A stretch of DNA of 63,157 bases from positions 1-63,157 of IMG/VR virus record IMGVR_UViG_3300027804_000072. One strand, written 5' to 3'. A program made the position numbers and the translations under genes. The notes under the pieces are model-generated. The model saw only the letters and a program-made list of their open reading frames with translations, was not told the origin of the DNA and did not search any database. Below, in pieces: positions 25,441 to 33,721 of this stretch. Numbering within the stretch: position 1 is the stretch's first letter; each line of letters starts with the position of its first letter. This DNA comes from a virus (lineage: Duplodnaviria; Caudoviricetes).

Positions 25441-27243
25441 TCAGCTTGCCGCTGAGAGGGCCTTCACAGCCGCTGCACCGATAGCCTTGGCTGAACCCTT
25501 GAGGTCCAGGTCAAGGATCTCCATGGCGGCCTTGGTGTTCTTCAGCAGGCTCGCCGCTGTGGGCTGGGCACCGTACGTACTCGGGAACGACAGCCACACG
25601 ACGGCGACACCGTTCTGCTCGCACGCGGCGACCCACTTGCGGACAGCCGACTTCTCGTGATCGGGGTACTCGCCGTCGCTGACGACGACGAGCAACCGAG
25701 CACCCGAGCCGTTGAGCAGATTGAGCCCACCGTCAAGTGCCTTGAACGCTCGGTCGAACTTCTCGGTCATGTCCGGCGCGGTGAACACGCGAACGCGGTC
25801 GAGATGCTGACCAGGCTTGAGCGTCGGGAAGACGTCGTTGCCGAAGTACACCATCGCTGAACGACCCTGCACTCGACGCGTCGCCTCGCTGAGCACCCAC
25901 GCGAGTGAAGCCATCGGCTCCATCGCGCCGCCCATCGAGCCGCTGATGTCGACCATCACGCCGATGTTGAGCGTCGGGTCGTCGACGTGCTTGCGCTTCG
26001 TCTGACGCCACGGCTCGCTCTTCGTCATGATGCCCTTGCTCTTGAGAGCGACACCCTGCACCGCAGCGCGAGTGCGCAGACGCCCGGGAGGGATCTCCGA
26101 GGTGACTTCGGTCTCGTCACGATCGCGATACTTCGCCTTCTCGAGAAGCTGCGCGAGCTGCACCGCAGCGACTCGTTCGTCGCCGCGCGGTGCGCGCTCT
26201 TCGTTCAGCCTCGAGTACGACGTCGTTGTCGGCATCTCGGATGTCCCTGAACCGAACACCTTCACTGCCTCGTTGCGTGCCTCCTGCGCAGTCTTCGCCG
26301 CGTTCTGCTTGGCGCTGACCTGCTCGGCCCACTCCTCAGACATCTGAACGTCTGCGAGGTCGCCGAACGCTCCGATGAGAGCGGATTCAGCACCTTCCTC
26401 GAGAGCCTTGGCAAGCGCCTCGGCGAACTCGGACGGAGTCATGCCTGCGCCGTCTCCGCCCTGCGCCTGGTCGGGCGTAGGGTCGCCGTTCTCTTCAGCA
26501 GCCTCGGTGACGATGCGCACCCACTCCTTAGCGAGCGGGTACATACCTTCAGCGACGCTGTGCTGATCGTAGCGCTGCGCCTCGAGCCAGACCTGACGGA
26601 GCGCCTCGAGACGAGAAGCACCGAGCTTCGACTCGATGACGTCGTGCAGTTCGCACACGTCGCTCTCGTCGCAGGACCCGGCGTCGACGCGGGCAAGCGT
26701 CAGAGCAGCGATGTCGGCTGCCATGACGGTGTCCGAGTCTGACTGAACGTTCGCCACATCTGAGATGACGAGGTCGAGCACGGTCGATCGCAGGAACGCC
26801 GCGTTGTTCGGGAAGCGCTCGAGACCGTGACTCTCGATGCGACCTTCCTCGAGCATGACGAGTGCACGGAACTCAGCAGGCGACAGGTCTTTCTGCGCCG
26901 GCTCGAGTTCCCACTGCGAGAAGCGTGCGTGCATCGCCTCGTGGAAGATTGCTCCGGTAGCACGAGGAAACTCGTACTGCACTTCGCGGTCCGAGATGTC
27001 GCCGACCTCCGCCGGCGAGACGTCGTCGCCAAAGCACTTCTCGACGTTGACCTCGACCTCCGCGGTGTGCGGATTGAAGAACGCAGGGTGACCCTCGGCG
27101 GCGTTCGGACCAGCGAACGCTGCGACGTCGAAGCGACCTGCCCACGAGTTCACCATCTTGCCGATGGCTGCACTCACGCCAAGCCACTCGGGGTGGCTGA
27201 CGCTCGGCGTGGTCTTCTTCTTAGAATAGTTGAATTGTCCCAT
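25441..27243 (-). CDS. VWA-domain protein with N-terminal HExxH motif (CobT-like MoxR partner)
   Basis: MIDAS DISGSM...T...VVSDG; HEAMH..E. Confidence 0.85.
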   Translation of the reverse strand: MGQFNYSKKKTTPSVSHPEWLGVSAAIGKMVNSWAGRFDVAAFAGPNAAEGHPAFFNPHTAEVEVNVEKCFGDDVSPAEVGDISDREVQYEFPRATGAIFHEAMHARFSQWELEPAQKDLSPAEFRALVMLEEGRIESHGLERFPNNAAFLRSTVLDLVISDVANVQSDSDTVMAADIAALTLARVDAGSCDESDVCELHDVIESKLGASRLEALRQVWLEAQRYDQHSVAEGMYPLAKEWVRIVTEAAEENGDPTPDQAQGGDGAGMTPSEFAEALAKALEEGAESALIGAFGDLADVQMSEEWAEQVSAKQNAAKTAQEARNEAVKVFGSGTSEMPTTTSYSRLNEERAPRGDERVAAVQLAQLLEKAKYRDRDETEVTSEIPPGRLRTRAAVQGVALKSKGIMTKSEPWRQTKRKHVDDPTLNIGVMVDISGSMGGAMEPMASLAWVLSEATRRVQGRSAMVYFGNDVFPTLKPGQHLDRVRVFTAPDMTEKFDRAFKALDGGLNLLNGSGARLLVVVSDGEYPDHEKSAVRKWVAACEQNGVAVVWLSFPSTYGAQPTAASLLKNTKAAMEILDLDLKGSAKAIGAAAVKALSAAS

Positions 27244-27301
27244 GATTTGTCCTTTCGATATGTGGTGGTGAGTTCATTATACTTTCTTTAGATTCTGCAT
27301 T

Positions 27302-27332
27302 GGCGGGCCAGCCCACCACAGACTGGCCCGCC
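27302..27332 (-). terminator. hairpin after the AAA gene
   Basis: GGCGGGCCAG / CTGGCCCGCC. Confidence 0.6.
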
Positions 27333-27341
27333 GCAGGGCTG

Positions 27342-28352
27342 TCAGACCTTGGAAGGCAGACAGGGCTCGCCGAACACTCGAGAGAGCACGTCGGCGACGA
27401 CCGGACGATCGATCTCCGGCGCGGCCGCCAGCAGATTGCTGATGGCGAACTTGGTGCCGAAGGTCGTCGAGATGTCGCGGAACGCCAGGAGCTCGCGCAT
27501 CTGCGGGGCCCACGAGACCTCGCTGGACTGCTGCTTCTTGCTCAGGTTCTGAGCTGCGGTCACGACGGTGGTCGGAGCACCGAGCTTACGCGCCAGCGCC
27601 CAGTCGGTCGTCCACTCGGTGTGGATGGCGAACCGAGACAGAAGAGCCTCGGACAGCCGCACGCCGGGAGCGTTCGGGTTGGTCGCCGCGATGACGTAGA
27701 AGCCAGGCGCCGCCTTGACGGTGCCACGCTCCGGATTCGCCGTCACGGTGTACTCCTGACGACCGTCCATGAGGCCGTACACGATGGAGAGCACCTTCGT
27801 GTCGATGAGACCGATCTCGTCGATGAGCAGCGTGCCGCCGGCTTCCGCCGCCTTGAGCAGCGGCCCATCTTCCCAGATGAACGAGCCACTCGGCGTCTGA
27901 ACGTAGCCGCCGACCAGGTCGGACACCTCGGTGTCGCCCGAGCCGAGCACGGTGAAGAACCCGCCGGGCTGGTCGCAGAACGCTGCCTCGACGGCAGCAG
28001 TCTTGCCGCAGCCGGGAGCTCCGTAGAGAAGAGCGTACTGGCGCTTCTCACGAGCGGTGCGAAGAACCTGGATGTCGTCGTGCTCGCCCCACTTGCGGGT
28101 GTAGTACACGTCGCCGTTGGGTCGGACGAACTTGGCATCTGCCTTCATCGCATCGGTGGTAGTCATCGGCACGGGCTTCTTCTCCTTGGCCTTGCGCGGC
28201 GCGACTGCGCGACCGGCAGCATTTGTCATCGCTGACATTCTACCGTACGCTTCGGAGTCGAAAGACTGCGACATGACGTCGGCAAGCGCCGGCATGATTC
28301 CGGGCCCGAGCTTCGAAACTGTGGCACTGACTGAGTATGTGGTGGTGGTCAT
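27342..28352 (-). CDS. MoxR/CbbQ/CobS-type AAA+ ATPase
   Basis: GAPGCGKT, LLIDEI, IAATNP, EALLSRF. Confidence 0.9.
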   Translation of the reverse strand: MTTTTYSVSATVSKLGPGIMPALADVMSQSFDSEAYGRMSAMTNAAGRAVAPRKAKEKKPVPMTTTDAMKADAKFVRPNGDVYYTRKWGEHDDIQVLRTAREKRQYALLYGAPGCGKTAAVEAAFCDQPGGFFTVLGSGDTEVSDLVGGYVQTPSGSFIWEDGPLLKAAEAGGTLLIDEIGLIDTKVLSIVYGLMDGRQEYTVTANPERGTVKAAPGFYVIAATNPNAPGVRLSEALLSRFAIHTEWTTDWALARKLGAPTTVVTAAQNLSKKQQSSEVSWAPQMRELLAFRDISTTFGTKFAISNLLAAAPEIDRPVVADVLSRVFGEPCLPSKV

Positions 28353-28402
28353 TTGTTTAGTCCCTTCGTTGTGGTGGTAAGTTCATTATACTTTCTTTAG
28401 AA

Positions 28403-28930
28403 TCAGAGCACGGTCGTGGCCGGATGAGGCCGAAGCTCGGCGACGTACTCCGTCGGAAAGCCGAGAGCCTTGCGCGCCTTCCAGATGCGACCCAGCAACT
28501 TGTACGGGGTCTTTCCCGCGGCGATGTCGTCCATGTCGGTGGCGACGACCTCGACGGAGACCGGGACCTTGAACAGCGTGTACGAGTTCTTAGCCAGCGA
28601 CTCGAAGACCTTGTCGATCGAGTTCAGCATCGAGTCCGTCACGATGCGATTCTTATCGCTGGTCGAAAGCGAGCTCATGACCGTGCCGGCGGGGACGGCG
28701 GAAGCGTAGACGGACGCCAGCCGGGTAGCGCGTATCTGCGCCCACTGCTTGCGAAGAGCGCCGGTAGCAAGACGACGACGGTAGACGCACACGGGCACGG
28801 TGTTGCCGTTGCTGACTTCAGCCTCCGGAGTGATGATGAGTTGTGTGGTGTAGTTGTGGGTCGCAGTCGTGCGAACGAACTCGAAGTAGAGCGCGTGGCC
28901 GACGACCATGGGGTTGTTTGTAGATGTCAT
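28403..28930 (-). CDS. hypothetical protein
   Basis: MTSTNN after SD. Confidence 0.75.
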   Translation of the reverse strand: MTSTNNPMVVGHALYFEFVRTTATHNYTTQLIITPEAEVSNGNTVPVCVYRRRLATGALRKQWAQIRATRLASVYASAVPAGTVMSSLSTSDKNRIVTDSMLNSIDKVFESLAKNSYTLFKVPVSVEVVATDMDDIAAGKTPYKLLGRIWKARKALGFPTEYVAELRPHPATTVL

Positions 28931-29061
28931 TTGGTTTGTCCTTTCGGTTTGTGGTGGTGAAGACATTATAACGTCTTTAGAAATGAAGCCGGCGGGAGGA
29001 GGTGTATAGGGACACCTCGCTCCCACCGACGTCTCACAGCGCGAACGCTCGGGGGCTTGAG

Positions 29062-29391
29062 CTACTTCGTCTGGAGAATGGTGTACGGCGTCTGCACGTA
29101 CGTCGCCTCGAAGGCTTCGGGGAAGCCGGTCTTGAGAAGATCGCGGTCGATCTTGCTCGTGACCCTCGAGACGATGCGCACGCGCTCGACACCGTTGATC
29201 GTGCCGACCTCGGCGTCACCGAGCATCTCGCGGAGAGCTGCCTCGGCTTCGGCCTTCTTGCCTTCGAGGGCCTTGATCGCTGCCTTCGCGTCGTTGAACG
29301 CGACGATCAGCGCCTCGGCCGACTCATCGAGCAGGGCGGTTTCTTCGGTGACGGCGACCTTGGTCGTCGTGGTGGTGGTGGCGGTAGCCAT
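29062..29391 (-). CDS. hypothetical coiled-coil phage protein
   Basis: Repeat + SD + ORF. Confidence 0.75.
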   Translation of the reverse strand: MATATTTTTTKVAVTEETALLDESAEALIVAFNDAKAAIKALEGKKAEAEAALREMLGDAEVGTINGVERVRIVSRVTSKIDRDLLKTGFPEAFEATYVQTPYTILQTK

Positions 29392-29454
29392 TGTACTGTC
29401 CTTTCGTCGTTCCAGCGGTTGCTGGTGAGTTCATTATAACGTCTTTAGATTTGA

Positions 29455-29715
29455 CTACATCTGCCCATCGACCCAGAGTCCTGGGAAGATCAGAGGCGCG
29501 ATGCAGTCGATACAAACCGGCCATACCTCTTCTTCAAGAGACATGGTAGATCCGTATAGGACAGCACACGGGACGAACACGTCGTCCAGTGGCCCAACGC
29601 TCAGACCACAGTTTTCACACTCAGTAGCGCCAATGGCGAAGTCAAAGATTCCGGCATTGGCGCTCTTGAGCGCGTCTTCTGCTGACTCGATCATGTAGAG
29701 GTCGTATGACTTCAC
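29455..29715 (-). CDS. Zn-ribbon protein
   Basis: CENC...CIDC; GAGG SD. Confidence 0.6.
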   Translation of the reverse strand: MKSYDLYMIESAEDALKSANAGIFDFAIGATECENCGLSVGPLDDVFVPCAVLYGSTMSLEEEVWPVCIDCIAPLIFPGLWVDGQM

Positions 29716-29738
29716 GACCTCAATCTATCAGGGTCGTC

Positions 29739-30260
29739 TCAGCTAAGGATCTTCTTGATCGAGGAAAGCTGCGCCTCGAGCTCGGCGATTCGGAGCTTGA
29801 GATTGAACACCTCGAGGCTGTCCGTCTGCATCGTCGTTGCCTTACCAGGCCGGACAGTCTTCTTGGTGCTCTTCTTTCGCTGCTGGTACGCGTTGTATCC
29901 GGCGCGGCGTGCTGCCTTTCCAAGCGAGCTGACGTCGATTCCGGAGAACACGGCAGACGACTTACGAGCCGGAAGCTCGGGACCGCCGGCCCAGTACAGG
30001 CGAACGCCGTAGTGATACGCGATCGCTCCACGGGCAACCGTATCTTCCTTGTTCTCGAGACGTGAGAACACTGTTCCCTGACTCTCGAGTAGCTGCAGCA
30101 CGGAGTGCACGTGAGACGTCGTGTACTTGACTCCACGCTTCGCGTTGATCTGCTCGGCGATCTCTCGAGCCGTCACGGGCTCGGTCGCTCCACGAAGAGC
30201 GTCGAGGATGATCTTTCGAGTCGCCTCGCCTTTGTGCAGAATTGCATTCTGGTATGTCAT
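29739..30260 (-). CDS. winged-helix DNA-binding protein
   Basis: IILDALRGATEPVTAREIAEQI...VHSVLQLLESQGTV. Confidence 0.7.
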   Translation of the reverse strand: MTYQNAILHKGEATRKIILDALRGATEPVTAREIAEQINAKRGVKYTTSHVHSVLQLLESQGTVFSRLENKEDTVARGAIAYHYGVRLYWAGGPELPARKSSAVFSGIDVSSLGKAARRAGYNAYQQRKKSTKKTVRPGKATTMQTDSLEVFNLKLRIAELEAQLSSIKKILS

Positions 30261-30377
30261 TGTTTTCCGTCCTTTACGGTGTTGGTAAGTTCATTATAAC
30301 CGCTTTAGATTCGGTTGTCATGAACTATTATAAATTTCCCGGTGAGCCGGTAAGTTCATTATAATTGCTTTAGAAAC

Positions 30378-31229
30378 TCAGTCGACGACGCTAAATACGC
30401 CGGACTCGGCACCAAGCCTCTCGAGGTTGTTCCGGTTGGGAATTCCGTTCGCGTCATCACCGACGTGGCCGGTTAAACGCTGCCATCGGGCAAAGGCGAC
30501 ACGGGTCGAGTCATCGAAGAGCGCCGGTACGTGATCGTCGAGATCGACGACCCGCTGAAGAGCGAGCTGGACGTTTAAGATATCTCGTCCACGCGCTCCA
30601 GGTTTTACCTTCATGGCACTGACGAAAACGATGCCCGTCTGCGCTCCGAAGGTCCTCCCAGGCCGGGCATTGAAATCTGGCCGACAGAACGCGGATACGT
30701 CGTGATGTGACCGAACAAGCCGGCGGATCTCGCCGTTCACCGCCTCGATCGAGACAAAACGCTTTCGATTACGCCACTCGGACGTGTCGACGACGATACC
30801 GAGATGAGGCATCGAGAACGGATCGGACGAGATCGTCGAGAACGAGAAGAACACGACGTCTCCAGGCATCGGCTCTTTCCTTGCCCGTCTGCGTCTCAGT
30901 AGTTCTGCCAGGCCGGAAGGTGAGTAGACGCACGCCGGCAGGCTGTGAATCGTCAAACCAGAGTCAAACGCGACGCAGTCGACGAACGCACCGGACCATG
31001 GAGCTGAATGGCTATTATAACCTGCCCGTCTGCCAAACTCAGACAGCCCACCAGGCCGGGCCTTGTAGCCAACGTATTTTTCAGCCGTGGTGATGAATCT
31101 ATTCGTAAGCTCTAGTCGACGCTGTCTTCGAGAGAGCTTGCGTCGAACATCTGGTTCAACTCCTGAAGTAGGAGCGTCGCCTCGTTCGCTCTCGCCGTCG
31201 TCCGAATGTGATCTTCTCTCGTCGTGCAT
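30378..31229 (-). CDS. CHAP-like cell-wall hydrolase with C-terminal PG-binding domain
   Basis: AEKYVGY..PWSGAFV..PGDVVFF..HLGIV..SIE; VQLALQ...TRVAFARWQ...GIP. Confidence 0.65.
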   Translation of the reverse strand: MHDERRSHSDDGESERGDAPTSGVEPDVRRKLSRRQRRLELTNRFITTAEKYVGYKARPGGLSEFGRRAGYNSHSAPWSGAFVDCVAFDSGLTIHSLPACVYSPSGLAELLRRRRARKEPMPGDVVFFSFSTISSDPFSMPHLGIVVDTSEWRNRKRFVSIEAVNGEIRRLVRSHHDVSAFCRPDFNARPGRTFGAQTGIVFVSAMKVKPGARGRDILNVQLALQRVVDLDDHVPALFDDSTRVAFARWQRLTGHVGDDANGIPNRNNLERLGAESGVFSVVD

Positions 31230-31299
31230 TTTTCAATGTCTTCCTTCAGGCGCTCGATCAACTGCTCGGTCATCGCCGTGACGTTGGTTCTGTTCACTT

Positions 31300-32256
31300 C
31301 TACTCTCCTTGAAGCTCAACATCACTCTCGTCACTTTCCGGTACGGCAACTCCAAGTTCGGCCATGCGAGCAGACGCCTCGATGGCGCCGGCAGCAAGCC
31401 GGTTCAGACGTTCGGCGACGATCTGCGCCGGCGAACGCCCATCCGTTACCTCGATCCGTGCGTCAAACTCGACGCCGCCGCGCACGCCGGCGCGATCAAG
31501 GATCTCGGTAGATGCCTTCAGGCGAACCGGCTCGGACGCCGCGTTCTCCATAAGATCTTCTAGGACGTCGACCGCGTACGGAGCGGCCTGGGTCAACTTT
31601 GCGCGCGCACGTTCGACGTCCTCGCCAGGCTTGCGCTGTAGGGACCCGAGATGAACGCGGCACAGTCCGTCGTCCTTCGGCCGTCCCGAGCTCCACATCA
31701 TGCACCGGATTCCGTCGTCCTTGACGGCGCGGCAGCGAACCGGCATGGACTTGGGTTCGCGTCTCGAGGAGGTCGGTCCGCCCTCGTCCTGTTCCTTGAG
31801 ATACGCGCGCGTCGATGCGATTACCCACGCCGGAACGAGGTGATCGGACGCGCTCTCAGCGATGAGATCAAGGCCGGTGATGTAGTCACTGTTATAATAG
31901 TCCGGATTCGTGAGAATCGGCTTCTTCTCCGTGAGGGAGATGACGCGACGCGCCTTGTCCATTTCTGGAGAGCGTGCGGCGATGAGACCTGTAGGCACGC
32001 CGTTGCTTGCGTAGACCGGGTCCCAGCCCATCTTCGCGCGGCGAAGGATCGAGCGGTTGCCGTAGGTATCCTGACAGATACCTTTCTCCACCTCGTCGAT
32101 CCCGAGAGCCGCGAGATCCGGGCGCATGCTGATCGGTTCGTCAACCTCGACGATCGGCCGCTCGGCCTTTGACTCGTCGCCGTCACTGAGTTCTAGGTAT
32201 GACATGCGGATCTCTTTTCGATTTGGTGAGGAGCCCGCCGCACGGGGAGAGGGCAA
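31300..32256 (-). CDS. hypothetical protein, possible terminase small subunit
   Basis: C..KDDG.RC...CRVHLG zinc motif and VRLKASTEILDRAG motif; probable start MSYLEL. Confidence 0.45.
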   Translation of the reverse strand: MPSPRAAGSSPNRKEIRMSYLELSDGDESKAERPIVEVDEPISMRPDLAALGIDEVEKGICQDTYGNRSILRRAKMGWDPVYASNGVPTGLIAARSPEMDKARRVISLTEKKPILTNPDYYNSDYITGLDLIAESASDHLVPAWVIASTRAYLKEQDEGGPTSSRREPKSMPVRCRAVKDDGIRCMMWSSGRPKDDGLCRVHLGSLQRKPGEDVERARAKLTQAAPYAVDVLEDLMENAASEPVRLKASTEILDRAGVRGGVEFDARIEVTDGRSPAQIVAERLNRLAAGAIEASARMAELGVAVPESDESDVELQGE

Positions 32257-32285
32257 CTAGCGACGGGCCCCTCGAGCCTTGCAGC

Positions 32286-32582
32286 TCAGGACTTCCGGCC
32301 GAACAGACGCTTCCAGATAGAAAGCTTCTTTACCTCGGCGGTGATCTCCTGCGCGGCTGTGTCCGCCCAGATCAGCGCGTCGGTGACCTCGTCAAAGGTG
32401 TCCACGACCTCGGCCTTGGCCTCGGCCACCTTTTCGGCGACGGGCTTCTTGGCTGCGGTCTTCTTGGCCGGAGTCGCTTTCTTCGCTGCTGTCTTCTTTG
32501 CCGGCGCGGCCTTCTTGACGGGGGTCGCCTTCTTGGCGGCCGCCTTCTTGACAGGCTCGGTGGCTTTCTTCTTTGCTGCCAT
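32286..32582 (-). CDS. histone-H1-like PAKK/AAKK-repeat protein
   Basis: KKAAAKKATPVKKAAPAKKTAAKK. Confidence 0.75.
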   Translation of the reverse strand: MAAKKKATEPVKKAAAKKATPVKKAAPAKKTAAKKATPAKKTAAKKPVAEKVAEAKAEVVDTFDEVTDALIWADTAAQEITAEVKKLSIWKRLFGRKS

Positions 32583-32793
32583 GTTGTGTGTTTCTTTCTC
32601 TCCTAGGGAGCGGTCGCTCCATGTCTAGAACTTGAGGCGTACGGTAATGGTTTCACATCGCCATCTCGGGCGATTTTCGCGAGAGTGGGCTCAGAAGCGT
32701 ACCTCTCGGAGGCTTCTTGTAAAAACAATGGTACTTTGTAAGTTTTATCAGGTTTGCTGAAGTGCTTCTGCACTAAACGTCAATTTCTTGCTT

Positions 32794-33081
32794 TCAGCCT
32801 GGGCACAGCCAAAGAGAAGCTTGGTGAAGAATGACGTGCTCAAGCTCTTTTTCTTCTCTCGGTCTGTTCATTCCGTTGATCGTGATGTGCATCTGTCCGT
32901 GAGAGACACCGTTCTTTATAATGTTGCAATACTGCTGGCCACGCGCGATCATGGCTTCTGAGTTCATGAGTTCACTCGCTCCAGGTATCGCCATGTTCAC
33001 CTGCTCTATAAAAGAAGAAATGTCTGACTTGGACGAAGCGCAGGACGCTACAAGAGCTAACGATAGAATAATGCGCTTCAC
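32794..33081 (-). CDS. DUF732-like lipoprotein
   Basis: Signal peptide + Cys; G.QYC...G...A...LCP. Confidence 0.55.
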   Translation of the reverse strand: MKRIILSLALVASCASSKSDISSFIEQVNMAIPGASELMNSEAMIARGQQYCNIIKNGVSHGQMHITINGMNRPREEKELEHVILHQASLWLCPG

Positions 33082-33506
33082 GGCAGTGGCATGTTCAACG
33101 CGATGTACTCTGCCTTAGCAGATTGATCTGGGCAAAGATTGATGATCCCAGAAAGAACGACCGAGAAGTGCATCTTCCGATCTTCGTTGTCTGTTCCACC
33201 CTCGTTGATCCTCTCGACCACATCGGTGTCGTTCATTCCTTCTGTCATGAGTTCACACCAAAGTCTGCCGTACTCAAGCATCGAGTCATTATCTAGCGTC
33301 AGGTTTCCGTGAAAGAAGTAGCGGACGTCATCGAAGAAAGCAAACTCTTCTTGGGTATAGATCTTTTCACTAGGCAAGGTGTTGAACTGCGGGATGACCG
33401 TAGTCGTGACAAGCGGCGTAAGTGTCGTAGTCGTATTTGAGTCTGCTGCGGAACAGCCGACAGCGACAAGTAGAAGTAGAGGTGCAAGCTTCAAGATTTT
33501 CTCCAT
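33078..33506 (-). CDS. DUF732-like lipoprotein
   Basis: Lipobox AVGC; GRLWCE...G...NLCP. Confidence 0.65.
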   Translation of the reverse strand: MEKILKLAPLLLLVAVGCSAADSNTTTTLTPLVTTTVIPQFNTLPSEKIYTQEEFAFFDDVRYFFHGNLTLDNDSMLEYGRLWCELMTEGMNDTDVVERINEGGTDNEDRKMHFSVVLSGIINLCPDQSAKAEYIALNMPLP

Positions 33507-33721
33507 AGTTTGGCGTTTTTTGTGTATACGGCGATGTACGCTATAGATCCGACAATGAATCCGTAGGTCTTAGTTTGGATAGCGAAAACGATCCAGAGGC
33601 ATTCCATGACGATCAGCCACAGGAACGCCTCCCAGCGCTTCTTGCCTACAAAGTACATCCCAAGGATACCCATTGAGGCAAGAAGCCACGACCATTGGAG
33701 TTCCGTCAAGCGAACTTCCAT
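33491..33721 (-). CDS. small multi-TM protein (PnuC-like fragment)
   Basis: Three hydrophobic segments, Trp-rich. Confidence 0.6.
   Translation of the reverse strand: MEVRLTELQWSWLLASMGILGMYFVGKKRWEAFLWLIVMECLWIVFAIQTKTYGFIVGSIAYIAVYTKNAKLWRKS

Larger units (their letters stand above)
8573..30374 (-). repeat. dispersed array of ~59 direct 18-bp promoter repeats, TCTAAAGAAGTTATAATG consensus
   Basis: Plus-strand CATTATAACTTCTTTAGA and variants start at 8573, 8804, 9896, 10106, 10275, 10507, 10686, 11257, 11496, 11762, 12186, 12462, 12821, 13048, 13284, 13898, 14150, 14408, 14853, 15114, 15506, 15750, 15958, 16277, 16480, 16723, 16925, 17307, 17604, 17837, 18074, 18318, 18658, 18932, 19263, 19645, 19810, 20033, 20141, 20343, 20815, 21138, 21217, 21494, 22070, 22648, 23231, 23678, 24020, 24496, 24730, 25059, 25307, 27275, 28384, 28964, 29432, 30292, 30357; degenerate copies at 4577, 5338, 7668, 9529, 34134, 34705. 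Confidence 0.97.
16757..31059 (+). promoter_or_regulatory. 10 bipartite sites CCGTCTGC-N16-18-CAGGCCGG, all in the same orientation
   Basis: Starts at 16757, 16958, 20369, 21519, 25084, 25332, 29822, 30635, 30885, 31026. Confidence 0.85.

Noticed and set aside
8622-30299. Plus-strand ORFs sharing IITSL(E/D), and minus-strand starts or extensions containing SKEVIM
   Set aside because: These are translations of the DNA repeat, antisense to or upstream of the SD-supported genes
8573-30374. Repeat array as a CRISPR
   Set aside because: Intervals range from ~50 bp to ~2 kb and contain genes, the repeat is an 18-bp promoter-like motif, and no cas genes are present
8573-30374. Classical integron
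   Set aside because: No tyrosine integrase in the window; the 18-bp repeat is non-palindromic and lacks attC R/L boxes; the cassettes carry their own promoters
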